The notes beneath the pieces were generated by a model. That model saw only the letters and a program-made list of their open reading frames with translations. It had not been told where the DNA came from and did no database searches. A stretch of 64,000 nt of DNA from assembly GCA_963754875.1 (NCBI GenBank), contig CAVWHO010000010.1:160001-224000 (forward strand), read 5' to 3'. This document shows positions 43,881-54,600 of this stretch, in pieces; positions within the stretch are counted from its first letter, which is position 1, and each line of letters begins with the position of its first letter. The position numbers and the translations under genes are program-made. The DNA is from Nitrospirota bacterium (GTDB lineage Bacteria; Nitrospirota; UBA9217).

Positions 43881-43948
43881 TTCAGGAGCCAGGAGTCAGA
43901 AGTCAGAAGATACACGCTGGTTTCGGGCTTCTGGCTTCTTTTTTTGTT
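43881..43948 (+). repeat. Heptamer array plus inverted arm and T-tract; probable rplI terminator
   Basis: TTCAGGA GCCAGGA GTCAGAA GTCAGAA ... GCTTCTGGCTTCTTTTTT. Confidence 0.7.
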
Positions 43949-43971
43949 TATGCCGTATTTGAGGTAGAACC

Positions 43972-45424
43972 ATGTCCATGCAGACCGAAGTTTCCCTTCA
44001 AAAACTCCCCCCTCAGAACATCGAAGCCGAACAGATGGTCCTCGGCGCCGTTCTGATCGAAAACGATTCCATCAATAAAGTCATAGAAACGCTGTCTGCC
44101 GAGGATTTCTACAAAGACACGCACCGCAGGATCTATTCCGTCATGCTCGACATGTTCGAGACCGGTGAGGCAATCGACCTGGTGACCCTGACCGATGCGC
44201 TTCGCGGAAAGGTCGGACTTGATGCGGTGGGAGGGGCATCGTACCTTGCCTACCTCGTCAGCCTCGTACCTACTGCTGCGAACATCAAGAACCACGCCAG
44301 GATCGTGCGCGAGAAATCGGTCCTGCGCCAGCTTATCCACTCATCGACGGACATCATCACCCAAAGCTACGAGGACACGAGGTCCGTCAACAGCATCGAT
44401 GAACTGCTCGACCGGGCCGAGGAATCGATCTTTAAAATATCGCAGCAAAAGATGCGGGACACGTTTGTCGCAGTGAAGGACATCGTCAAGAGCAGCTTCG
44501 AGACCATTGAGCGGCTTTACGAACGCAAGGAAATGATGACCGGCCTTCCTACGGGTTTCCTTGACCTCGATAAGATGACCTCCGGCCTTCAGCCGAGCGA
44601 CCTCATCATCGTGGCAGGCAGGCCGTCCATGGGGAAGACGGCGTTCGCGTTAAACATCGCAGCCCACGCGGCGATGGACCATCACAAATCCGTTGCCGTC
44701 TTCAGCCTGGAAATGTCCAAGGAACAGCTGGTTCTCCGCATGCTTTGCTCCGAGGCGCGCGTGGACGCCCACAAGCTGCGCTCGGGCTTCCTGTCCGAAT
44801 CGGACTGGCCAAAACTGACCATGGCCGCGGGACGGCTGTCCGATGCGCCTATCTTCATAGATGATACCGCTGCAATCTCGGTGCTTGAAATGCGCGCCAA
44901 GGCGAGACGGCTCCAGGCGGATCACGGACTCGATCTCATCATCGTTGATTATCTGCAGCTCATGCGCGGCCGCAGCGATTCCGACAACCGCGAGCAGGAA
45001 ATATCGAACATCTCCGCGTTCGCTCAAGGCGCTTGCCAAGGAACTCAAAGTCCCGGTAATAGCGCTCTCCCAGCTCAACCGCGCCGTGGAAACGAGAGGC
45101 AAGGACAAACGGCCGATGCTTGCCGATCTTCGCGAATCCGGCGCAATCGAGCAGGATGCGGACGTGATCATGTTCATCTACCGCGACGAGGTGTACAATA
45201 AATGTGAGTGCCCTTACGACGGCGAATGCCTCTGCGGCAGGCGGGGTGTTGCCGAGGCGATCATCGGAAAGCAGAGAAACGGTCCGGTCGGTATCGTGAA
45301 CATGACGTTTATGCACAAATATACGCGCTTCGAAAACTCTGATAAAGCGGAGCTATTAGCGCTTGCACTGCCGACAAGTGGACATTATCAGACGCTATGC
45401 CGTCATAGAAAATTACGAACTTGA
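43972..45424 (+). CDS. dnaB: Replicative DNA helicase (frameshift near 45015; true end may be ~45359)
   Basis: [53 protein letters not shown]. Confidence 0.95.
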
Positions 45425-45439
45425 CCAGGGAGGTAACCA

Positions 45440-46223
45440 GTGGCTTCTGAAAAAGCGGCAATTGCTGACAAAGTGCAAAAATTCCTCGGCAAATCGGACT
45501 GGAAATCAGCCATTGCAGAGATGGAGAAGCTCTTTGCCATTGACCAGGACCCCATCATCCGGGTGAGAATCGGTGACGCGTACCAAAAGCTGAACCAGAA
45601 AGTCAGACGCGGTGAAGGAATATATCGGGGCCGCAGACCTCTACGCAGAGAAAGGGTTCGTGGTCAAGGCCCTGGCACAATACAAACTGGCACTCCGGCT
45701 TGATCCGGCGAACAAACAGGCGCAGGCCCAGATGGAACTGCTCCATTCCAACAAAACGGTCTCCGAACTCAAGCTCGAACCGATCGAAGACGGAGCGGAG
45801 GTGTCGACGCGGAGCGTTATTCCGCTCTTCTCCGATTTTACGCAGGACGAATTCAACGAATTCACCAAACGGATGATCATCCATACTCTGCCGCCCGGCA
45901 AGCCCATTATTAAAGAGGGCGATACAGGCAGCTCGGTCTTCATCCTGACCCGGGGCGCCGTTCGCGTGTATGCGACCGTCACGGGAAAGAAAGTCGAACT
46001 CGCCACGCTCCACTCCAGCGATTTCTTCGGCGAAATAGCATTTCTCACCGGCAGGCCCAGGACAGCCACCGTTGAAACAACTGAGGAGACCGACGTGCTC
46101 GAGATCGCCGAAGAGGACCTTAACGAGATGATCAACAAGAGTCCCCGTATCCGCGAAGTTCTGCACAATTACCACGAGACGAGGGCCAAGAGCACACTGG
46201 AAAAAGTACGAGAGGCGATTTAA
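45440..46223 (+). CDS. TPR-like + cyclic-nucleotide-binding domain protein (frameshift near 45605)
   Basis: Helical N-terminus (RVRIGDAYQKL...ALAQYKLALRLDP) then cNMP domain FFGEIAFLTGRPRTATV. Confidence 0.85.
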
Positions 46224-46271
46224 CGCGGAGTACCTTCCTATTTCTCTGCTCAAGAACGGAGACCCGTCCAC

Positions 46272-48027
46272 ATGGCATCCGAAAAAGCGCAGTTGATCGA
46301 TACGATTCAAAAAAATCTGGGCAAGTCCAACTGGAAAGCCGCCATTGCCGATATGGAGAAGCTGTTCGATCTTGACTCCGGATCCTATTATCCGGGTCAG
46401 GATCGGAGATGCGTATCAGAAGCTGAACCAGGTGCTCGAGGCCGTGCGCGAGTATGTTTATGCAGCAGACCTCTATGCGATCAAAGGTGTGATCGTCAAG
46501 GCGCTTGCCCAGTACAAACTTGCGCTCCGGTTGGACCCCAAGAACAAGCAGGCTCAGGACAAGATGTCGTCGCTGCATTCGAATAGGGCGATGACGGAAA
46601 AGAAGCCGGAGACGACTGAAGAGGGCGTCCAGAAGCCCGTCCGGAGCGTCATTCCGCTGTTCGCGGGATTTACCCAGGAGGAATTCGAAGACTTCACTAA
46701 AATGATGGCCGTTCATACCCTGCAGCAGGGCCACATCATCGTGAAGCAGGGTGACACGGGCAAGTCCGTCTATATCGTTGCGAGCGGCACTGTCAAAGGT
46801 CCATACTGTGGTGCCGAACGGCGAACGGCTGGATCTGGCCGTGCTCTACCCCAATGAGTTCTTCGGCGAAATGTCCTTTCTGACCGGCAAATCAAGGACT
46901 GCCACGGTCGAAACAGCGGAAGAAGCCGTCATTCTGGAAGTGACCGAGGACCAGCTTCGCGACCTGATCAATCGCAGGCCGCGGGTCCTGCAGGTGCTGC
47001 AGCAGTATTCCGATGCCCGCGAAAAGGGAACGAGCAAGAAGATGCAGTCAACACAGAAACCTGCAGAGCAGCCGGCTGCGTACCCCGGGAACAGCGCAAA
47101 CATCCAGGGAAAACACTGGAGGCGGCCGCACCGGTTTCTCCAGAGAAAGCGCTGCCTACGCAAAAGCCCCTTGATACCCCGGCGCCGGCTATTGCTCAAC
47201 CAGCGTACAAAGGCCCGGCAATCAGTCCTTCGGACAAGCCGAAACTCATCGATGCGATCCAGAAATTAGTAAGCAAATCGGACTGGAAGTCAGTCATCAC
47301 GGAGATGGAAAAACTGTATACCATTGATCCCGATCCGATCATCCGAGTCCGCATCGGCGATGCATACCAGAAACTGAACCAAAAGCCCAGTGCGGTGCGT
47401 GAATATATGACGGCAGCGGACCTGTATGCGGACAAAGGGGCCGTGGTCAAGGCCCTTGCCCAGTATAAGCTGGCCTTGCGCGTCGAGCCGGGAAATAAAC
47501 AAGCGGAAGAACGGATCGCAGCGCTCCATTCGAACAGGACGGTGAAGGAAAACCGTGGAGAGCCCGTTGAGAAGGAAACCGTAGAGAAGGAAGCCCCAAA
47601 ACGCGCGAGCAGTGTTATCCCGCTCTTTGCCGGCTTCTCGCAGGAGGAATTCAACGATTTCACGAAGGTGATGAACGTCCACCCGCTTCCGGGAGGCATG
47701 CCGATCGTCGAACAAAATGACCAGGGGAAATCGGTCTATTTAATCGCAAGCGGATCAGTCAATGTCTTTACGATGCTGCTCTCCGGAGAACGAGTGGACC
47801 TTGCCGTGCTCCGGTCAGGCGATTTTTTCGGAGAAATGTCCTTTCTTACCGGAAAACCCCGGACGGCCACGGTCGAGACGGCAGAAGACGCTGTTCTTCT
47901 GGAAATCACGGAAGACAAACTCCGCGAAATCACTTCCCAGCGGCCCCATATCCTCAGCGTGCTGCAGCAATTTTCCGACATGCGGTCAAAAGGTACGACC
48001 GAGAAAATTCTCGGTTCGAACAAGTAA
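46272..48027 (+). CDS. Protein with two tandem TPR-like + cNMP modules joined by a Pro/Ala/Lys linker (several frameshifts)
   Basis: Two further paralogous units with FFGEMSFLTGK(S/P)RTATV; no start or SD seen for unit 3. Confidence 0.75.
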
Positions 48028-48059
48028 TCCATCCCGTTAGCGATACCTCGGAGGTCCCC

Positions 48060-48932
48060 ATGCTTCGTTCACCGGCAGTCGCAGGGCACTTCTATAAAGC
48101 CTCCCCGGAAGCTCTCAGAAAACAGGTCGAAGGCTTCCTCATATCGGGAGCAATAAAAAGGAGAGCCATCGGCATCGTTGTTCCCCACGCCGGATTGATC
48201 TATTCCGGGGCAGTAGCAGGTGCGGTGTATTCTTCCATAGAGATCCCGGATACGCTTGTCCTCATCGGACCCAACCATACCGGCCTCGGTGCGGCCGTTT
48301 CCCTCATGGCCAAGGGCAGCTGGGAAACGCCGCTCGGCACCGTGGAAATAGACGAAGCATTGGCCGCTTCCATCCTCTCGCAATCGCGCCTCATTCATGA
48401 AGACGCGCTTGCCCATCTCCAGGAACATTCCCTCGAAGTACAGCTGCCGTTCATCCAATATTTCAAAAAAAAGTTCAAAATTGTCCCGATCCAGATGCTC
48501 GACACCCGGCTTGAAACCTGTCTAGAGGTGGGCAGGGCGGTGGCAGAAGCTATTAAAAAACGCAAAGAGCAGGGGGAAAAAGGCAAGCTTAAAACTGAGG
48601 ATGAATCGGCAATCGGCAATCCGAAATCCGAAATTCAAGACGTTCTTATCGTGGCAAGCTCGGATATGACTCATTACGAACCGGCGGCCAAGGCAAAGGA
48701 AAAAGATTCAAAAGCCATCCATTCCATCCTTAACCTTGACCCCGAGGGCCTGTACCGCGTGGTCCGAGATTATGAGATCACGATGTGCGGCTACGGTCCG
48801 ACGGTTGCCATGCTGGAAGCCGGTAAAATCCTCGGGGCCTCCAAAGCAGAACTGATCAAGTACTCCAACTCCGGAGAGACGAGCGGAGATTACGACAAGG
48901 TCGTAGGGTATGCAGGAATCGTAGTTATGTAA
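48060..48932 (+). CDS. AmmeMemoRadiSam system protein B (MEMO1 family)
   Basis: R.PAVAG.FY, PHAG..YSG, GPNH, EHSLEVQLPF, SSD..HY, MCG, VVGYA. Confidence 0.92.
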   Translation: MLRSPAVAGHFYKASPEALRKQVEGFLISGAIKRRAIGIVVPHAGLIYSGAVAGAVYSSIEIPDTLVLIGPNHTGLGAAVSLMAKGSWETPLGTVEIDEALAASILSQSRLIHEDALAHLQEHSLEVQLPFIQYFKKKFKIVPIQMLDTRLETCLEVGRAVAEAIKKRKEQGEKGKLKTEDESAIGNPKSEIQDVLIVASSDMTHYEPAAKAKEKDSKAIHSILNLDPEGLYRVVRDYEITMCGYGPTVAMLEAGKILGASKAELIKYSNSGETSGDYDKVVGYAGIVVM

Positions 48933-49013
48933 TACATTACCTACCTAAGGAAGTACTGAGAATTATCTTATCCTCTCCTCCCGCGTAACCTGCTAATAAA
49001 TAAAACATTTAGA

Positions 49014-49030
49014 TTGGTATCTGTATTGCA
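49014..49030 (+). promoter_or_regulatory. sigma54 (-24/-12) promoter upstream of the minor pilin operon
   Basis: TTGGTATCTGTATTGCA: GG-N10-GC after an AT-rich tract. Confidence 0.65.
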
Positions 49031-49097
49031 AGAGAATGTGTGGGCAAGTAAAGAACTATGGTAGAGTCAATCATTCTCATTGAAAAGGGGCTGAACC

Positions 49098-49541
49098 ATG
49101 GCTGCGGATACACGGGATAACAATAACAAACAAAGCGGTTTTACCCTTATAGAATTACTCATAGCAATTGTGATTCTCGCAATAGGATTATCTGCTGCAG
49201 CCGCAATGCAGGCCGTTGCGCTGAATTCCAATTCCGTGGCCAACAGAATATCGGTTAACAGTTTTCTCGCTCAACAAGTCGCAGAAGAGATCAGTTCGCG
49301 CAATATATCTGATCCGATCCTGAACTCCGACTCAGGGGGCTGGAAGACCTATCAGTTTGCCGACTGGTCGACAGGCGCTCCACAGCTGGTAAGCAGCTTG
49401 AGCATCACCGGTGCAGGTAAATTAACAGCATCCTATAAAATACAAGCGAATACATTTAATGGCGCATTCTTATTAGGGATGACCGAAATACAAGTGACGG
49501 TGGGAAATACCACCTACACGACATACAAGATGGTGCTCTAG
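49098..49541 (+). CDS. pilV: Type IV minor pilin PilV-like
   Basis: Prepilin site SG|FTLIEL with E5. Confidence 0.8.
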   Translation: MAADTRDNNNKQSGFTLIELLIAIVILAIGLSAAAAMQAVALNSNSVANRISVNSFLAQQVAEEISSRNISDPILNSDSGGWKTYQFADWSTGAPQLVSSLSITGAGKLTASYKIQANTFNGAFLLGMTEIQVTVGNTTYTTYKMVL

Positions 49542-50444
49542 ATGAAAAAACAGACTGTTCATGGCGAACGCGGATTTACATTGATTGAACTGCTGATGGT
49601 TGCAGCCATGCTCGGCATCGTGCTGGGGGCCATGTATTCTCTCTTCATTTCTCATCAGCGGACAGCACATGTTTCGGACGAAACAGTGGAAGTGCAGCAG
49701 AACCTTCGAATTGCGATGGACAGCATATCCAGGGATATCAGGATTGCCGGTTTACTTCTCCCGGGAGGCAATACGCCGATCAGCAGTATCGGGTCTTCGA
49801 TGACGATTACCCTCAGTTCGGGGTGTCCCTCGGGGATTATCACGAGAATAACACCATCCCCGTCGCCGCAAACAGGAGCTGCGTCGTCGAATACGTTCCC
49901 TGTTGACAATGACGGTTCAGCGAGTGCATTCAGCAATCAAGATTACGTAAGAATCATCCGCCCCGTTGACAAGACCGAGCCGGGAGGGACAGACATAATT
50001 TATCAAGTTGCAGGGACTCCAGGCGCCTCAATCACCCTTAACAGGGTAAGCGGTGGTAGTCCGCTTGGTGTCAGTTTTAACTCGGGGGATGTCATCTGCA
50101 AACTTACTTCTTCAACAGCTCCAGCGCCTCCTAATACTATCCAATATTTTCTAGGGAACGGCGGAACCTGTCCGTCGGGTCAGCAGTGTTTGGTGAGGAT
50201 TGATGAAACCAACACCACAAATGTGGTCGCTCAAAACATGGCGAACAATGGTCTTCAATTCCAATACCTCCTGGATGGATATCCGCTCCCGAATGAAACA
50301 AATGCGCCGACAGTTACTAATCTTAAACTGATACGTGCTGTTCGGGTAACAATTACCGGCCAGACGGCACAGACGGTCGCCCTTTCCGGCAATGTACCAA
50401 AACAAAGGCAAATGGAATCGATTATCCAGATCAGGAACCGCTAG
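49542..50444 (+). CDS. pilW: Type IV minor pilin PilW-like
   Basis: RG|FTLIEL; QQNLRIAMD.ISRDIR.AG; IRAVRV...IRN. Confidence 0.85.
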   Translation: MKKQTVHGERGFTLIELLMVAAMLGIVLGAMYSLFISHQRTAHVSDETVEVQQNLRIAMDSISRDIRIAGLLLPGGNTPISSIGSSMTITLSSGCPSGIITRITPSPSPQTGAASSNTFPVDNDGSASAFSNQDYVRIIRPVDKTEPGGTDIIYQVAGTPGASITLNRVSGGSPLGVSFNSGDVICKLTSSTAPAPPNTIQYFLGNGGTCPSGQQCLVRIDETNTTNVVAQNMANNGLQFQYLLDGYPLPNETNAPTVTNLKLIRAVRVTITGQTAQTVALSGNVPKQRQMESIIQIRNR

Positions 50445-50520
50445 CGGCATAACGGGAAGCCCACAGTGAAGCGATGAAGAGTTTAAAAAAAATATTTGAA
50501 AACGGAAGGAAGCTCATCCG

Positions 50521-51000
50521 ATGATCATGCGGAATGAACGCGGCATAGCTTTGATTATGGCCCTTGTGCTGCTTGCACTATTAACCATGTTGGGAGTATG
50601 GGCGCTGGATACGTCTTCAACGGACCTGAAAATCGCCGGTAATTACAAGAATGCGGAAACGGCTTTCTCCATGGCGGACACGGGAGCGACATATGCAACG
50701 AACCCGGCGAACCTTACAACGGCCTGTTTGACGATATCGGCATGTACCAATTCTACGGGTTCTACCACCAGTTGGCCCTCCCCCTTGATTTCTTTGAGCA
50801 GTACCAATACGGCCACAGTGAGGGTGGAATATCTGAATAAAGGCCCGCTGCCGGCCGGATCAATATATGATGCCGATATGGATGCGAACGGCAAGCCAAA
50901 ATTCAGCGGGGTCTATTTTACGGTAACCGCTTATGGAAATGGGCCGAATAACGCCAAGTCACAGATTGAGACGAACGTTGTCCAGGTGGTCAGCAATTAA
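50521..51000 (+). CDS. pilX: Type IV minor pilin PilX-like
   Basis: NERG|IALIMAL lacking E5; IAGN...AF. Confidence 0.85.
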   Translation: MIMRNERGIALIMALVLLALLTMLGVWALDTSSTDLKIAGNYKNAETAFSMADTGATYATNPANLTTACLTISACTNSTGSTTSWPSPLISLSSTNTATVRVEYLNKGPLPAGSIYDADMDANGKPKFSGVYFTVTAYGNGPNNAKSQIETNVVQVVSN

Positions 51001-51077
51001 TAATTGGCCGGTGAGAATGGCTCACTGAAATTGAGCGGGCTGCAATCAATGAACAGAGAAAAGCGTGGAGGTTTTTT

Positions 51078-51452
51078 ATGAAAAATTACTCATTGGTACT
51101 TGTCGCGATGTTCGTTCTTGCGTTTTCCCCCGGGAGTAGCATTGCGCAGCAGAATAATCAGGCGGTAATTGGGAGCCGCTACAACCCGCAGGTCCAATAT
51201 CCGGGAGAAAATAAAACGAACCTGCTTTTTTTTAGATATACGAAAAACGATGCCTGGCGGCGCTTGCTGCATATGGATCGCCTGCGTTATGTATCCTGTC
51301 AGGACGCATTGAATCATCTGAACAGCGAAGGCAAATGGCAAGGGAGTCTGAATCCAAACGGCTCATGCGGAAGGAACAGTGTGGAATCACCGGAGTGGAT
51401 CACTGGCAACCGGCTGAATTATGATGAGTCAACCGGGCAAACTGAGAATTAG
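51078..51452 (+). CDS. Small secreted protein resembling the PilY1 vWA-insert domain
   Basis: GGAGG SD, signal peptide, two Cys, C-terminal TGNRLNY. Confidence 0.6.
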   Translation: MKNYSLVLVAMFVLAFSPGSSIAQQNNQAVIGSRYNPQVQYPGENKTNLLFFRYTKNDAWRRLLHMDRLRYVSCQDALNHLNSEGKWQGSLNPNGSCGRNSVESPEWITGNRLNYDESTGQTEN

Positions 51453-51626
51453 TGCCAAAGAGCTTTTAAGAGATAAGAAAAGAACATTTTAAAGCATCGA
51501 TTTTTTTACCGGTTATTGGCCGGGCTTTTCTTTTGTCGAAGAGGGGGCTGCAGGAAGTCAAAAAGAAATGTCGAGGGACACACGGGAGAAACCACCTAAA
51601 CACTCCCCATTGTGAAAGGAACCGAT

Positions 51627-54600
51627 ATGAGTAAATTAGCCACTTCCATGCTACTTTGCGTTGCACTCGTTGCAATAGTATTACCGACCGCGGTAATGGC
51701 CGGCCCGGATTTATACTCGGGAGACACCAGAATTTATGGCGGTTCACCGGTCGTACTTCAGCCGAACGTTCTCGTCATCATAGACGATTCGGGCAGTATG
51801 GCCACTTCGATCCCAGGTGGCGGTGGCACCCTTTACGACAATGCAGTTACCTATGGAACAACTTATAACTGCACGGACAGTACCGGGCTCGATGGAAGCT
51901 CATGCGATGCCAATACTGTCTATGATAAAAATTATAATTATCTCACAAGCCCGGTGACCAGCCTCCCCACTTGTACTTTTTCTGTCAATTCTTCGAACGA
52001 TACGGTCATAAACTATAGCAGCCTGCTGCAGCAGTATGGAACCATGGCACAACCGAAACTTAACTTTACTAGCGGCGTCGCAAGCTGTTGTTATCAGAGC
52101 AAAAAAATATGCACAGGCGGTTATAGTCATGGCAGTTGCCTCGGTTACACAACATATGCAAATGGTAAATGTAGCAGTGCGACGTATGAACTCGGGAACT
52201 ATATAAACTGGCTCTATGACGTGTCGGGCTCAAGCATGTCAAAAATCAACATTGCCAAATCTGTGATGTCCTCACTTGTGCAGTCGACCTCAGGAGTGAG
52301 GTTCGGGCTCATGACGTACTATTACTCCGGGAGCAACGGCCAAGGCGCAACGTTCCTGAACGCAGTGCCTGTGTCGGGGTTGCCGGATTATACTTCGACG
52401 GTTAAAAGTATGGACGATATTTTCAGCGGCACGGTAACGAATCGTGAAGCACTGGCTGATACCATTCAATCACTGACTGCCCTTGACGATACACCGCTTG
52501 GGGAGGCGCTTTTTGAGGCCTTGCGATATTATCAGGGTGGCCAACCAGCATTCGGCGCTACGATTGGGACAACGGTTTCAACCGGCGGGACCGGGACGGG
52601 CTATATATCACCTATTCAATATGGTTGCCAAAAAAACTATGTCATTCTTGTGACTGATGGTTTGTCGAATGCCGACGATAGCTCTCCCTTGAATTTGATA
52701 ACGACGACATATGGTTCTAATCATTGGGATGGCCGCTTCTGTACCGGCTATGGAAATCCTCTTTATACTACATGTGATGGGACCAATGAATACCACTCAA
52801 TAGCAGGCGTTGCGAGATATCTGTATGAACATGATCTAAGCTCCGATATAAGCGGAACTCAAAATGTGACCACCTTTACCGTTGGGTTTGGCGACGTCGG
52901 TGCAACTACTGAAGCGTATGACCTTTTGAGATTGGCTGCAGATAACAACCATGGCCGCGGCCACTACTATGCCGCAACGAGCGCGCAAGGATTGGCCAAG
53001 GCATTAACCAGCATCATAGGCCAGATTTTTAGCGTGAATACTTCCTTTGTTGCGCCCGTGGTCCCGGTGAGCCCGGAAAACAAGACCTATGCGGGGTCCC
53101 GGGTATATATGGGTTTTTTCAGGCCGGAGACTGCAGCCGTATGGAGCGGCAACTTGAAAAAGTTTGGTCTCGGTGTGTATACCAGTCCGACGACCAGCAT
53201 TGTGCTTGACTCGTCGGCCGTCTATGATGTGGACGGAAATCTCGCGACTTACGTAGACAACAATAATGACGGATTAGATGACCGGGACGGAGCAACGCTG
53301 CCTGTTGAAACGCAAAATGGAGGGTTCCGATCCGGCGCTAAATCTTATTGGAGCACTTTGGCAGACGGGGGTGATGTCGAAACCGGCGGAGTGGGAGCTC
53401 TTCTGCTGTCCAGGGATTATTCCATCACTTGTCCATCCTGCGACATCACCGGCACGCAGCCGCGTAATATCTACACCTATCTGGGTACCAACACGGACTT
53501 GACTCAATCGGTCAATGCCTTCAGCACAACAAATACCAATTTGACAGCTTCGGTTTTGGGGTTGCCGGGAGCTGTTATATTGTCAGCAACAACCTCAGAC
53601 GTGAAGACGCTCATTAATTACGTATCAGGATTCGATACCTATGATGACAATTTGAACCTGAATTTTACGGAAAAGAGGTCTTGGGTTCTCGGGGACATCC
53701 TCCATTCCAAACCCTTAATACTCAATTACACAACATTTGATTATGTGGCTAATCCGACGAGCGAAACAAACTGCTCCGTCAACAAAAGCGTAATTTACGC
53801 GGGGGCCAATGACGGGATGCTGCATGCTTTCAAAGACTGTGACGGCACCGAAGCCTGGGCGTTCATACCGTCGGATGTCCTGCCCACTCTCCAGTACCTT
53901 CATGGCAATGCACATGCCTATTTTGTTGACAGCACCGTGACGTCGTATATCTATCAGACAGATCCAAATGCAGCGAGCATAAGTGCGGCCGCAGGCGACA
54001 GGGTGGTTCTTGTAGTCGGCCTGAGAAGGGGTGGTGGTCTCGACAGTGAGCCGACAGCGGGGTACTACTACGCCCTTGATGTGACTGACCCGACGACTCC
54101 CAAATTTCTGTGGAGCATTAGCAATAGTACGAGATGGTCAGGAACCACTAAAACGACAACAACGGATTTCAGCAACATGGGGGAAGCGTGGAGCGAACCG
54201 AAGATCGTTAAAATTAAAGTCGGCTCGCTGGACAAGATCGCGGTCTTTATCGGCGGCGGGTATGACAACTGTAATGAAGATGCGCGATTCGGCGCGACCC
54301 AGACGTTCAGCGGTTCCTGCGTCGGAGCTGTCACGACCCCAGACAGCGGACTGGATGGAAGCGGAAATCCGATGACCAGCGCGGGGTCGACAACGGTTTC
54401 GAGTTTTACCTCGTCGTTATACAAAGGGAGGGCAATTTACGCGGTGGAATTGGCGACTCTGAATTCCGCCGGCGTTCCCAATTTGGGCAATGGAGGAGGG
54501 AAGATATGGGGCTATACTGTTGCGGATTCTCCGCTGCTTTATTCAATGGTCAGCGAGCTGACAGCCATAGATTCTAATTTTGACGGCTACGTGGACCGGC

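Noticed and set aside
43972..45424. Intein in DnaB
   Set aside because: Length is normal and no intein motifs were seen; the Cys loop is only about 11 aa.
45440..48027. Three long repeats as DGR template/variable repeats or assembly duplication
   Set aside because: Differences are spread over synonymous and non-synonymous sites of all bases, as expected for ordinary paralogs.
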